From an uncultured virus (IMG/VR IMGVR_UViG_3300031851_000007) (Duplodnaviria > Heunggongvirae > Uroviricota > Caudoviricetes): DNA of 64,000 nt. Position 1 is the stretch's first letter. The number at the start of each line of letters is the position of its first letter. Location of the stretch: IMG/VR virus record IMGVR_UViG_3300031851_000007, positions 1 through 64,000 of that record; one strand, 5' to 3'. The translations under genes and the position numbers were made by a program. This document shows positions 1 through 9,860 of the stretch, one piece after another. Below the pieces are notes generated by a model. The model was not told the DNA's origin and searched no databases. It saw only the letters and a program-made list of their open reading frames with translations.

Positions 1-703
1 TTATTTTTGATTCTGAAATTCCGTATCTACGATATTTGTCTGCATAATTTATTACTGTACTAGGATCAAAGTTTCCTAAATCTTTAGCCATCTGAGTTCT
101 AATGCTGTCACTAATATTATGAACACCAGTGTTATCAACATAAGAAACTAAGTTTGACTTATTTTGTACAATGTCTTTACACTTATTGTAATACGTAATT
201 AATTCGTTATCTATTTCAAAATCTTTGTTAATAAACTTTTTTAGCACTGCATAGATATTTGATTCTGTAGCAAGAAAGAAATGTTCGTGACTTCCTTTAT
301 TATGATGGTATTGATCAGTGTGTTTTGGAATTTCGTTAATGCATGTTATTAGCGTTTTCGAAAAAGGAAATCTTACTGCTACCCATTTTTCTTTTGGATA
401 GTTTAAAGGAGCTTCAACAATTTTAATATATTTGCTCCTATCAATTTTCCTTAAAGGCTTACGTAATCTATCAATAGCATAATCAAAATCATAGCCTTGT
501 ACTTCAAACTGCGGCTTATAAGTTTGCAGTTTAGTTTGCATTAATGCAAACTGCCTATCTGTTAAGGCTGTACCTTTAAACACTTGCCTAGCAATACTAT
601 ATACAATAGTACCGTCATTAGGTAGTATTTCAAATTTTTCAGGCGACTTTACAAATCCGGACAGGACTTCTAATAAGTCTTCAATACTTTTTGTTTCTAA
701 CAT
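1..703 (-). CDS. Hypothetical phage protein, partial (runs off the left edge)
   Basis: Not in the ORF track. My translation from ATG at 703 reads MLETKSIEDLLEVLSGFVKSPEKFEILPNDGTIVYSIARQVFKGTALTDRQ... and stays open to the window edge. A consensus sigma70 promoter lies directly upstream. Confidence 0.75.
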   Translation of the reverse strand, partial: MLETKSIEDLLEVLSGFVKSPEKFEILPNDGTIVYSIARQVFKGTALTDRQFALMQTKLQTYKPQFEVQGYDFDYAIDRLRKPLRKIDRSKYIKIVEAPLNYPKEKWVAVRFPFSKTLITCINEIPKHTDQYHHNKGSHEHFFLATESNIYAVLKKFINKDFEIDNELITYYNKCKDIVQNKSNLVSYVDNTGVHNISDSIRTQMAKDLGNFDPSTVINYADKYRRYGISESKI

Positions 704-705
704 GT

Positions 706-1560
706 TTATATTATAGCATTAGATAGAGCAGTTGTCAATCGTTTTAATGGTATACCTTGTGATATTTCATCTACTGTATATTCTGTCCAGGCGTAGTCGT
801 TCAGCCATTGTTGTCTATCTGGCATCAAAGGTGATTCAATGTCGTGCCAAAAGTCAATGTCATTGCCTACATCATAAGCAATTGAGCTTGGACTTACAAA
901 TGCTGGTATGCCAGACATGATACTTTGTGGTCCAGGGTTGCTGCTATGACATACTACTGCCCAAGCATTTTTGAATGACATGTCAAAGTCATCATAACTT
1001 CCTAATATATGTTGTGGTGCTTGCCTATACACATTTTTATACTGCCTCTCAATTTCAGGCAATGGACAACGAGGATGTGGCCTAAAGTATATAGGTCTAT
1101 CAGTATGTTTTTGTATATTCTCTATTGTTTGCATTACCCACTTACTCATTGAAGGCATGCCTCTCCATTGCTCACTTTTTTGGTGTTGGCCGCATAATAG
1201 TATATGATTGCCTTCAGTGCGCCAGGGCTTTACTTCAAGTCCCAATAAACGCTTACGCCTATCATCGTTATTACTATCCCCAAAATAAGCATCTCTATTA
1301 ATTCCATTTAGTCCTACTCTCCATGTCTTGCCGCGCTTGATACCACCTATCTCAAGTACTATTGTAGGCTTATCATTATTCCAAATAGATTGATTTGCTG
1401 CCATTCTTCCATTCCATAATACGCTCCATATTACATTTACATCAGCATTGTTATTATTATGCACAACAGAATGACCTGCGTCTTTGAGACTTTTCTCAAA
1501 CGCATTAAATACTGGCTTGCTATTCATAGCGCCATATTGAGTCCACAAACTAAATTTCAT
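706..1560 (-). CDS. Putative glycosyltransferase, KpsC/KpsS (capsule synthesis)-like paralogue 1
   Basis: Motifs RPHP, HSSNPGPQSIMSGIPAF and DRQQWLNDYAWTEYTVDEISQG are shared with three other ORFs in the cassette and resemble the C-terminal lobe of GT-B capsule-synthesis proteins. Confidence 0.55.
   Translation of the reverse strand: MKFSLWTQYGAMNSKPVFNAFEKSLKDAGHSVVHNNNNADVNVIWSVLWNGRMAANQSIWNNDKPTIVLEIGGIKRGKTWRVGLNGINRDAYFGDSNNDDRRKRLLGLEVKPWRTEGNHILLCGQHQKSEQWRGMPSMSKWVMQTIENIQKHTDRPIYFRPHPRCPLPEIERQYKNVYRQAPQHILGSYDDFDMSFKNAWAVVCHSSNPGPQSIMSGIPAFVSPSSIAYDVGNDIDFWHDIESPLMPDRQQWLNDYAWTEYTVDEISQGIPLKRLTTALSNAII
710..738 (-). promoter_or_regulatory. Sigma70-type early/middle promoter TTGACA-N17-TATAAT with extended -10 TG
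   Basis: The minus strand reads TTGACA actgctctatctaatgc TATAAT ataaac ATG, a perfect consensus inside the 3' end of the 706..1560 gene. Confidence 0.8.
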
Positions 1561-1600
1561 TGGTTAAATATTCCTATAACGTATTTACAAAGGATTTCAA

Positions 1601-2443
1601 ATGACAAACATAACTGTGGTTACAACATTTCATAAGCCTGGATTAGATTTATATGGACAAAGATTTTTAGATAGTTTTGCGCAAAGAGTTGATCCTAGAA
1701 TTAAATTGCTTGTATACGCAGAAAGTTGTAATCCAAAAAACCCTAACCCTGAACAAATAACAATACTTGATGCTAAAGAAGTTTTGCCAAAACTAAATGC
1801 ATTTAAAGAAAAGTATAAAGATGTTCCACATGCAAATGGAAATATTGCAAATCATCCTGCACGTAACGGACGTAAGGATTGGAACAAAGAATTTAAATGG
1901 GACGCTGTACGCTTTGCTAACAAGACATATGCTGTGTATGACGCTTGTACACGCTCTAAGGACTGGTGTGTATGGATGGATGCAGATACCTTTGTACACA
2001 GTGATTGGAGTTATCAACAGTTTAAAGAATTACTTCCAGAAGATAAATGGATAACATATGTAGGCAGAGGAAAAGGATCACAGACATGGCCCGAGTGCGG
2101 CTTCTATGGTATGAATCTAGGTCATCCTGTATGCGGACAATTTCTTAAAGAGTTTGAACGTATGTATGAGGATGCAGACAATGGTATGTTTAGACTTGTT
2201 GAGTGGCATGATAGTTTTGTGTTTGGTCATATACTAAAAAATCTAATTCCAGTAAATAACAATGTACTAGATTATAGTGCAGAGATGTATTTGAAGGAAG
2301 CCAAGTCAGGCGGCGGCGGACATCCGCTAATTAACACTGTACTCGGAAAATGGATAGACCATATGAAGGGTGCTAGAAAGAACACTGGCAAAAGCAAGTC
2401 ATCAGATATAATGGTAAACCGAAAAGAGTCTTATTGGAAATGA
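1601..2443 (+). CDS. GT-A fold glycosyltransferase
   Basis: VWMDADT DxD motif, N-terminal VVTTF strand, EWHDS and late DHMKG motifs; AAGGA RBS. Confidence 0.7.
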   Translation: MTNITVVTTFHKPGLDLYGQRFLDSFAQRVDPRIKLLVYAESCNPKNPNPEQITILDAKEVLPKLNAFKEKYKDVPHANGNIANHPARNGRKDWNKEFKWDAVRFANKTYAVYDACTRSKDWCVWMDADTFVHSDWSYQQFKELLPEDKWITYVGRGKGSQTWPECGFYGMNLGHPVCGQFLKEFERMYEDADNGMFRLVEWHDSFVFGHILKNLIPVNNNVLDYSAEMYLKEAKSGGGGHPLINTVLGKWIDHMKGARKNTGKSKSSDIMVNRKESYWK

Positions 2444-3126
2444 AGTCGTATATCATAGCTCTAAGTAAAATTAAAGGTAGCTGGGAAAGCGGCTGTCGAT
2501 TAAAAGAAGAGCTTGAAAACTTTAACATGGAAGCTGAATTGTTTGAAGGAACATACGGCAACGATGCTGTTGGAATGATGGAAGAAGAAGGACGTCAATT
2601 ACACTCTTGGGGTGTAAAGGGACCTGCTAAAGAAGTTAAACACAAAGACAAATATGATAAGAAAGCAAGTATGCCTGGAGTAAAAGGTTGCTTCTATTCT
2701 CACTATAGGCTTTGGGAAAAGTGTGTTGAAGTAGGTGAACCTATAATTGTGTTCGAAGATGATGCACATGTTGTACGTCCGTATAAACCTGTTGAATGGG
2801 TAGATGTTTTGAGTCTAGTATCCAGTCACAGAAAGAAGATGCAACGTTACGTAAAGTATCTTGAAAATCCTGAGGGCGAACCTGCTGCAATGAATTACAA
2901 ACAAGGTAGTATGCCTGGCAATGCAGGCTATGCAATCAAACCACATGCTGCTGCAAAATTAGTACATGCTTACAAAAATAGTTACTTGCCTGCAGATAAC
3001 GCAATAAACCAATACGTTGTTAAAATTCAAATACATAATTATATGATGGGTAAAGCTATGTCTAGAGAAAGAACTAGGGGAAAACCTAGTCTTATAAGAA
3101 CAAAATATTGGGATGACGTTAAATGA
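2440..3126 (+). CDS. Glycosyltransferase family 25 (LPS-biosynthesis type)
   Basis: YIIAL start, GCFYSHYRLW, IIVFEDDA, GYAIKPHAAAKL and PAD motifs. The ATG at 2440 overlaps the upstream stop (ATGA). Confidence 0.8.
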   Translation: MKSYIIALSKIKGSWESGCRLKEELENFNMEAELFEGTYGNDAVGMMEEEGRQLHSWGVKGPAKEVKHKDKYDKKASMPGVKGCFYSHYRLWEKCVEVGEPIIVFEDDAHVVRPYKPVEWVDVLSLVSSHRKKMQRYVKYLENPEGEPAAMNYKQGSMPGNAGYAIKPHAAAKLVHAYKNSYLPADNAINQYVVKIQIHNYMMGKAMSRERTRGKPSLIRTKYWDDVK

Positions 3127-4394
3127 TTGATATTGTGTGCGTATATAAAACTAATCCAGAAGGGATTTATACTGCTGATTGGGTAAACATATTACATGCT
3201 GGTATTAAGAAGCATTGCAATTTGCCTTATAAATTTTCTTGCCTTACAGATAGTGATGAGGATATACCTGGCAAGATTGCTTTACAAAAAGATTTACGTG
3301 GCTGGTGGTCAAAGTTAGAATTATTTACAAAAGGATTATTTACTGGACCTACACTATACTTAGATTTAGATACAGTTATTAGCGGCAGCATAGATTCTAT
3401 TATTAATAAATTAATTTCTGAAAACAAATTTACAATGATTAAGGGCAAATCTAAAAGATCGTCTAGTTGTATTATGTACTGGAACGGTGACTACTCTTAC
3501 ATATACAAAAAGTTTAATAAGAACAAAGATAAGATAATGTCAACTTATATAACTAGAGAACAGTATGGTGACCAGGCATTTATTGCTGAACAAACTAAAC
3601 ATGTATACTTGCAAGATGTAGTTGGCAGCTCAGAAGTTGATTACGAAAGTAATATTAGACGCCTTGGTAATAGAAATGCAAAAATAATATTATTTGCAAA
3701 ACCTAATAATAAACCTCACACAAGTTTCAATCATATGGTTGTTAAAAATTGGACTATGCTAGGTGAAGACTTTAGTAACGATGTTGAGGATAGGCGTGGC
3801 TGGACTTGGCCAAAGCATGATAAGTTTTGTTGGAAAGTTATGCGTAAGCATCCTGACCTGCCTAAGAAGATGTCAAGGTATGTAACTAGGACCGGCGCAG
3901 TACTTCAAGCAGGCGGTAACTGCGGCTATTATGCTGAAGCATATTCTAAAATATTTAATAAAGTAATTACATTAGAACCTGACTTATTAAACTTCTATTG
4001 TTTATTAGAGAATACAAAAAAATGTAAAAATGTTGTACCGTTTAGAGCTGCACTTGGTGACAAGAGCGATATGATACAAATGACATCTCCAAAAACAAAT
4101 AATGTAGGTATGCATTATATTGACGGAGCAGGTGATATACCACAAATAACAATTGATAGTTTAAATATTAAACATTTAGATCTTATACATTTAGATATTG
4201 AAGGTTACGAACTATTTGCTTTAAAGGGTGCAGAAGAAACCATTCGACGTTGTAAACCTACAGTGGCACTAGAATATAATAAACTTGCAGACAAATACGG
4301 TTATACTATGTATGATTTAAACAAATGGTTTGCAGATCGAAACTATGTTAATCATAGTCGACACGAAAGTGACTTTGTATTCATACCTAAGTAA
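3123..4394 (+). CDS. Fusion of a GT-A glycosyltransferase and an FkbM-family methyltransferase
   Basis: N-half: FSCLTD, GWWSKLELF, LYLDLDTVI, GDQAFI. C-half: LQAGGNCG, LEPD, TIDSL, IHLDIEGYELFALKGAEETI (FkbM pattern). Confidence 0.75.
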   Translation: MIDIVCVYKTNPEGIYTADWVNILHAGIKKHCNLPYKFSCLTDSDEDIPGKIALQKDLRGWWSKLELFTKGLFTGPTLYLDLDTVISGSIDSIINKLISENKFTMIKGKSKRSSSCIMYWNGDYSYIYKKFNKNKDKIMSTYITREQYGDQAFIAEQTKHVYLQDVVGSSEVDYESNIRRLGNRNAKIILFAKPNNKPHTSFNHMVVKNWTMLGEDFSNDVEDRRGWTWPKHDKFCWKVMRKHPDLPKKMSRYVTRTGAVLQAGGNCGYYAEAYSKIFNKVITLEPDLLNFYCLLENTKKCKNVVPFRAALGDKSDMIQMTSPKTNNVGMHYIDGAGDIPQITIDSLNIKHLDLIHLDIEGYELFALKGAEETIRRCKPTVALEYNKLADKYGYTMYDLNKWFADRNYVNHSRHESDFVFIPK

Positions 4395-5304
4395 TATAGT
4401 CCCGCATATGTTTCCATGCTTGGCCTGTTTTAAGTTCTTCAAAATTCCAATGGCTCATTGATATTTTCTTAATCCAAGTGTCTCTATCAAAGTGTTGAGG
4501 ATTTTCAATTTTAGTAATATCAGTATTAGCAATATCAAATGCTTGACTAATTTTTGGATTAGGATCTAACACAAACACTGGTAATCCTTCGATTGCTGCT
4601 GCTACGCCTGGGCTACTATTATATGTTATTACAGCATGTGCATTAATAAAGTCTTGCCTAATATCAGGCTTGTGAGATATTACTACACCCGGCTTATTGA
4701 TTTGCAAATATTGCTTTGCTCTTTTGTCTCCCGGGTGCGCACGTACTACAATTGGTCTATCTGTAAACATACGCAATGTTTTAATTGTTTGCATAACCCA
4801 TTGCATTACATCCAAACCTTGCATACTCCAACCGCCGTTACGCTGTAAACATATTACAATATGATGACCTTTTGTACGTTCAGGTTGTAATCGAATGCCT
4901 AAGTTACGGCTAATACTTTCCCAACGCTTAGGATCAGGATTGTCCCAAAAATAGTTACCAGTTGTAGGAAATACTCCGTTCAAACTGTAACGTAAGTAAT
5001 GCTTTGCATTAGTCTTATCTACATACAAAAACAAATTACTGTCAATTATAACTGTGTGTTTCTTATGTTTTCTTTGATTATCAATTACTGCTTTACGTAA
5101 TTTAAGGTGGGGACTATTAGGACTAGATTCGTGTACATATCCTTGTATAACACCAACATCACTAAGTTGCCATCTATCACTTTGAGATTGCATTCCATTA
5201 TCGCCACATGCACTTGCTCCCTGTGCAAACAGTCTCAACACCTGTTCTTTTTCAGGGTTTTTGTTTTTGCTTGGTATGCCTCTCATATAGCTTACTACTT
5301 CCAT
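4387..5304 (-). CDS. Putative glycosyltransferase, KpsC/KpsS-like paralogue 2
   Basis: RAHP, TYNSSPGVAAAIEGLPVF, DRDTWIKKISMSHWNFEELKTG. Confidence 0.55.
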   Translation of the reverse strand: MEVVSYMRGIPSKNKNPEKEQVLRLFAQGASACGDNGMQSQSDRWQLSDVGVIQGYVHESSPNSPHLKLRKAVIDNQRKHKKHTVIIDSNLFLYVDKTNAKHYLRYSLNGVFPTTGNYFWDNPDPKRWESISRNLGIRLQPERTKGHHIVICLQRNGGWSMQGLDVMQWVMQTIKTLRMFTDRPIVVRAHPGDKRAKQYLQINKPGVVISHKPDIRQDFINAHAVITYNSSPGVAAAIEGLPVFVLDPNPKISQAFDIANTDITKIENPQHFDRDTWIKKISMSHWNFEELKTGQAWKHMRDYIT

Positions 5305-6302
5305 TATTCGTCGCCTTTGTTTCTTGCACTATGACTAATGTAAGGAAGTAATCGATTAATGCAAGTACCGTCTTGCATCTCTGCTGGTGTCCATTGGCAC
5401 CATGCTAGATTATAGAACAACTGTCTTACTTCATCTTCATGTGGAATATGCATATTTTCAATATTGATTAACTTATGTTCAGTTATGTCGTATGCAAATC
5501 CGCCTTCGTCTATTGTCATAACAGGCACTCCGTATAGTAATGCATCAATTGCTATTCCGCTAGAGTAAGTAATTACTGAGTGTGCATCTTGCATCTGGTA
5601 TTCAAATGCAATTTTAGATCCGTCTACTACTTTAACATCTTTTAATCCTGCAAATGCTAGGCGCTTAAACAAGTCATTATGATTAGTCATTCCTTTGTCA
5701 CTTATTGCAGGATGTACACGAATCTCAATTGGACGTTCACTAAAGCGTCTTAATTCTACAGCAGTATCAAATACCCAATCATTAATATCGTTGTGTCTTA
5801 GACTTGCATCGCCTGCAAGTTGTAAGGCAATAACAATCTTTTGTCCACGTCTACGGAAGCCGTTGTACTCTAAATTTAGTTCTTCAAAACGCTGTGCTGT
5901 TTGGTTATCTTCAAATCCCCAATGTGCATCTTTATTCATAAATCCATTTAGTCCAACTCTATAGTGTGAATGATGGTGTGTAATTTTTCTACCTAGCAAC
6001 GGAGTTTCAATACAGATAAATGTATGGGCTTTTTCAGCAACACTTGCTCTAACAGTATGATGTATGTTTGTTCTATCTGGCTTCCAACTACCTGTCATTA
6101 CAGCAACATCACACTTACTGTATTTTTCGTCATATGCAAAATCTACACCTAGGCCTAAACCTATTTCTTTATTAAAGTTTCGCAGTTTTTTATATTCTGA
6201 TTTTTCTGCTGGTATTGTTGTCATTATGCCTTCATGAAATGCACGTAGAATATCTCTTTCTCTATTATTTCCTGCGCTGTTCATATACACTTTATACTTC
6301 AT
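5304..6302 (-). CDS. Putative glycosyltransferase, KpsC/KpsS-like paralogue 3
   Basis: LQLAGDASL (Q-x-x-x-D pattern), RVHP, TYSSGIAIDALLYGVPV, LAWCQWTPAEMQDG. Confidence 0.6.
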   Translation of the reverse strand: MKYKVYMNSAGNNRERDILRAFHEGIMTTIPAEKSEYKKLRNFNKEIGLGLGVDFAYDEKYSKCDVAVMTGSWKPDRTNIHHTVRASVAEKAHTFICIETPLLGRKITHHHSHYRVGLNGFMNKDAHWGFEDNQTAQRFEELNLEYNGFRRRGQKIVIALQLAGDASLRHNDINDWVFDTAVELRRFSERPIEIRVHPAISDKGMTNHNDLFKRLAFAGLKDVKVVDGSKIAFEYQMQDAHSVITYSSGIAIDALLYGVPVMTIDEGGFAYDITEHKLINIENMHIPHEDEVRQLFYNLAWCQWTPAEMQDGTCINRLLPYISHSARNKGDE

Positions 6303-7062
6303 TTAATAGTCTCCATGCTGTTCCATTTTTAAATTCATCTATGTGGAATTGTCCGTATGCTAAATGACAAGCCCATTTATATATTTTATCTTTATCTAAC
6401 TTTGTTGGTGTCTCAATAAGACTTAAATCTTTGTCGCACACCGGATCTGCTGCTGTTGGCGCTGTTGTAAACGCAGGTACACCTTCTAACACACTTTCTA
6501 ATGCTGCTATACTTTGATAAGTTACAAGTGCATGTGCATCTACTAGGTCATCAAATATTGTAGAAGTTATTCGCTGTTGTCTTGGTGCTTTATCTCTGAT
6601 CTTAATAGGACGATCTGTATACTTCTTAATTTCAGCAATAGTGTTGTTTAACCATTCTTGTCTATCTATACCATAGAACTTACAAGGTTTTTCACTTGGT
6701 GTTACCAACAGAATATATCGTCCGCTATTTTGAGACTTTATTGTGTAGTTAAGTCTACGCCATCTATCATCTGGTCTATCAATAATTTTATTATGCTGTA
6801 CATCATCTTTAACTACACGATGATATAATTTCCAGCCATGCGGATTAGATGTAGATTTATAATTTCCTATATATCCGCTATCCATATAATAGAAAGGATG
6901 ATTATTTTCCCAGCACCAATGTATTAACTTACGTTTACCCATACTTCTAATCATTATAGGATTGTTACCAAAATTATAATCGTAATCTTGCATAGGTAAG
7001 TTTGCACCTTGTGCAAACATATTTACATATTCATCAGTTTTGTTTTTACTTAAACATATCAT
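6292..7062 (-). CDS. Putative glycosyltransferase, KpsC/KpsS-like paralogue 4
   Basis: MDSGY, TYQSIAALESVLEGVPAF, LAYGQFHIDEFKNG. Start moved to the ATG at 7062 (MICLSK) to reduce overlap with the upstream gene. Confidence 0.55.
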   Translation of the reverse strand: MICLSKNKTDEYVNMFAQGANLPMQDYDYNFGNNPIMIRSMGKRKLIHWCWENNHPFYYMDSGYIGNYKSTSNPHGWKLYHRVVKDDVQHNKIIDRPDDRWRRLNYTIKSQNSGRYILLVTPSEKPCKFYGIDRQEWLNNTIAEIKKYTDRPIKIRDKAPRQQRITSTIFDDLVDAHALVTYQSIAALESVLEGVPAFTTAPTAADPVCDKDLSLIETPTKLDKDKIYKWACHLAYGQFHIDEFKNGTAWRLLNEV

Positions 7063-7717
7063 ATAGTTCTTGTTTCCACAAGTTATTAAATTCACAGTCT
7101 CTGTAATTTTCAAACCAAGGACCACCTTCTGTGTAGTGGATTAGATTTGGTTTTTCAATATCGTCATACACTCCTACTAAGTAATTCCACGTATGATCTA
7201 GTTCACCTATTTCGTCATCTTTAAGCCAACTTAATCTATGTAAGTATGCTCCTGTTTTTTCTACATCGTTTACAAACTCAGCTGTAACTACTTTATTAGA
7301 TGGGTGTTCACAATTAAATAGCATAACACTTGACCAGTTCTTACGTGGATAGATAGTTTGCTTTTGTCCATCCATTTTAAATTGTTCTTTAACTTTGTAA
7401 TCATGTTGTACACACATTACAGCATACTTGTCATCTGCTTGTGCAAATAGTTCTGCAATATCAGTTGTAAGGATCATATCACAATCCATAAACAATGCCC
7501 ATCCTTTGAAGTCAGCAAGTTCGGGTATAAGAAATCTAGTAAAGGTAAATTCAGTCGAAGCTAGTTTATCTACAGGACGACTATACCAACCTGCATCTCT
7601 TAGTTCCTGTTGCTTTAATGGAATTACTTCTGCATCTGGTTGTTTAGATAGGATACTATGTTTACACACTTGGTATGCAATATCTTCTCGCGGATCATAT
7701 CCTACAAATACTTTCAT
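7046..7717 (-). CDS. GT-A (GT8-like) glycosyltransferase
   Basis: FVGYDPRE, STEFTFTRF, FMDCD, RKNWSSVMLFN, WNYLVG, HYTEGGPW. Confidence 0.8.
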   Translation of the reverse strand: MKVFVGYDPREDIAYQVCKHSILSKQPDAEVIPLKQQELRDAGWYSRPVDKLASTEFTFTRFLIPELADFKGWALFMDCDMILTTDIAELFAQADDKYAVMCVQHDYKVKEQFKMDGQKQTIYPRKNWSSVMLFNCEHPSNKVVTAEFVNDVEKTGAYLHRLSWLKDDEIGELDHTWNYLVGVYDDIEKPNLIHYTEGGPWFENYRDCEFNNLWKQELYDMFK

Positions 7718-8490
7718 TTATCTACTCTTTCTATGTCTTCTTCAATACAGTTAGTACCATATTGTATTTCTACTAATTTTAAATTTGTGTTGTGTTCGTT
7801 AGCAAGTTGGTGCCAAGTTCCTACAGGTATATGCAACGACTCGTGTTGCTTATATACTCCTAGTGTTTCTACATCGGTACTACTTGTGTTAATAGTATAT
7901 ACTGTTGCTGTGCCTTCTGCAATAAACCAATGCTCTGAACGTTCTTGATGTCTTTGCATTGACAACTTATTGCCCGGCGGCACTGCTAATTCCTTAACTT
8001 TTGTGTGGTTATCGTATTCATGTATCACTCTGTAGTACCCCCATATACGCTCTGTCTTTGGTGCTTTCCACTCGTCTAGTATCCAGCTACTTGAATTCTT
8101 TTTATCTTCGCCGCCTACACCAAACGCAAATTCTACATTAGGCATATCACCATATGTAGCATACTCTGGTGTTGTTGTGTTAGTCCTATCTCCACCGTTA
8201 GCAAAGATTACTTTGATGTCTCCATGTGTACTTAGCGTATGAAAAATTGCATGACATGCACTGTCGTCACTATCGTCAAAACCAATTACTTTGTCAACAA
8301 TTTCCATTTCTTGTATTAGTGCAATACGTTCTTTGAAAGGCATAAATGGTCTGCCTTTCTTACGTGTAAGCCAATCATCACTATTCACGCCAACAATAAG
8401 TTTGTCGCCGAGTTTCTTTGCTTCGTTGAAATAGGCTAGATGCCCTGAGTGTAGTGGATCAAAGCCACCTGTTACTAATACTACGTTCAT
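7714..8490 (-). CDS. Cytidylyltransferase-like (HIGH) domain fused to a mannose-6-phosphate-isomerase-type cupin
   Basis: GGFDPLHSGH, VGVNSD, FANGGDR, SSS; then WGYY...LSMQRHQERSEHW...WHQLAN...VEIQYG...EEDIER. Confidence 0.85.
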   Translation of the reverse strand: MNVVLVTGGFDPLHSGHLAYFNEAKKLGDKLIVGVNSDDWLTRKKGRPFMPFKERIALIQEMEIVDKVIGFDDSDDSACHAIFHTLSTHGDIKVIFANGGDRTNTTTPEYATYGDMPNVEFAFGVGGEDKKNSSSWILDEWKAPKTERIWGYYRVIHEYDNHTKVKELAVPPGNKLSMQRHQERSEHWFIAEGTATVYTINTSSTDVETLGVYKQHESLHIPVGTWHQLANEHNTNLKLVEIQYGTNCIEEDIERVDK

Positions 8491-8495
8491 GTAGA

Positions 8496-8524
8496 TATTT
8501 ATGTGCGCACATAACTACTAAATA
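8496..8524. promoter_or_regulatory. Divergent late-type promoter pair, each TAAATA 5 nt before an ATG
   Basis: Minus strand TAAATA(8501-8496)-tctac-ATG(8490); plus strand TAAATA(8519-8524)-ctttc-ATG(8530). Confidence 0.65.
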
Positions 8525-8529
8525 CTTTC

Positions 8530-9162
8530 ATGGCAATACATTTTCCAAAACATAAAGCAACATTTATACACATACCTAAAACTGCAGGTAGCAGTTTTGA
8601 ATTATGGATCAGCGAAAATATTACACATTTTGATAGACAACAAAAGCATTGTACACTAACTGATGCTAGAAATATTTGGAAAAAGTTAGGATATACATTT
8701 TGCTTTGTACGAAATCCATATGCTAGAATGGTTAGTATGTTTCACTTTATTGGACAACGTGCAGTAGAACGTATTGAAATGCGTAGCAATGGCCAGCGTA
8801 CAAAGAAAAGTACTAATCAACAAGATGATATTTTAATTTCTGCATATTATAATAAAGGATTTGAAAACTGGTTAGAAGAACATAGCCAAGATATACACAA
8901 CCCATTTGACTTGGGTATTTGGTTATATGAAAGAAAAACTCCACAAGTACATTGGATAGACGATTCTGTTGAATGGTTTAAGGCTGAAGAATTATCGTTA
9001 AAATTCAAGAGGTTACAAGACGTCTTTAATGTAGATATAGCACTGCCACATGTTAACAAAACATCACATAAACATTATAGAGATTATTATAATAAAAATA
9101 CTAAGACAATAATTGAAAATTTATTTAAAGATGATCTAGATAGATTTAACTACGACTACTAA
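8530..9162 (+). CDS. Sulfotransferase family 2 protein
   Basis: 5'-PSB motif FIHIPKTAGSS, 3'-PB motif FVRNPYARMVS, C-terminal DLDRFNY. Confidence 0.85.
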   Translation: MAIHFPKHKATFIHIPKTAGSSFELWISENITHFDRQQKHCTLTDARNIWKKLGYTFCFVRNPYARMVSMFHFIGQRAVERIEMRSNGQRTKKSTNQQDDILISAYYNKGFENWLEEHSQDIHNPFDLGIWLYERKTPQVHWIDDSVEWFKAEELSLKFKRLQDVFNVDIALPHVNKTSHKHYRDYYNKNTKTIIENLFKDDLDRFNYDY

Positions 9163-9860
9163 AGGTCTTTAAAGAAGTCTGCAAGTTGTGCCATATCAAA
9201 AGTACCAGTAGTAAATAAAGGCTCTTCTACTGTACTAAGTTCTGCATGTAATCCAATAGACTCATAATGATCTTGAAACTTTGTGCCATCGCCTTTAATA
9301 CCATTTTCAAATTCAACATATGCAGCCGGAATATTATATGCATGAGCAGCAATTATTCCGTGTAACGAACTACTAATTATAGTTCTACATTCAGTAATCT
9401 CTTTTGCTTTTGATAATGCGTTTTTTGTTTTAAGATTAATTACATGGTAATTTGGATATTTTTCTTTTGCCCATTTGTATTGACTTACATGCGGAATAAT
9501 TCCTACATCGTATTTCTTTTTACTTTCGTCACAAAACATTGGTAATAGTAATGCAGGATCTCCTACTACGTCAGATGTTGTTCCGCCAGCTTGTAATAGT
9601 TTTGCTTTTGATCTTGGTCCTCTAACAAAGCGCCAGTCAGCATCAATGTCAATAGGATTTTTCATTGACATAAATCCACTACCTAGTACTAGAGTACCTT
9701 TTTTTGCATGCCTTGCAATAGAACCAATGCACATAGCATTGTAATTACTGCCTCTAGTCCAGTCGTAATCAACACCGAAGTAGTCTAATAACTTTGGTGT
9801 TAATACATCTCCAAAATTTCCTGTTGTTGAATTACCTACCCAATAAAAAGTGTACTTCAT
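9159..9860 (-). CDS. Polysaccharide pyruvyltransferase (ExoV-like)
   Basis: NFGD, IGS, GSG, VRGP, GDPALL, IIPH, SSSLHGII, KFQD. Confidence 0.85.
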   Translation of the reverse strand: MKYTFYWVGNSTTGNFGDVLTPKLLDYFGVDYDWTRGSNYNAMCIGSIARHAKKGTLVLGSGFMSMKNPIDIDADWRFVRGPRSKAKLLQAGGTTSDVVGDPALLLPMFCDESKKKYDVGIIPHVSQYKWAKEKYPNYHVINLKTKNALSKAKEITECRTIISSSLHGIIAAHAYNIPAAYVEFENGIKGDGTKFQDHYESIGLHAELSTVEEPLFTTGTFDMAQLADFFKDL

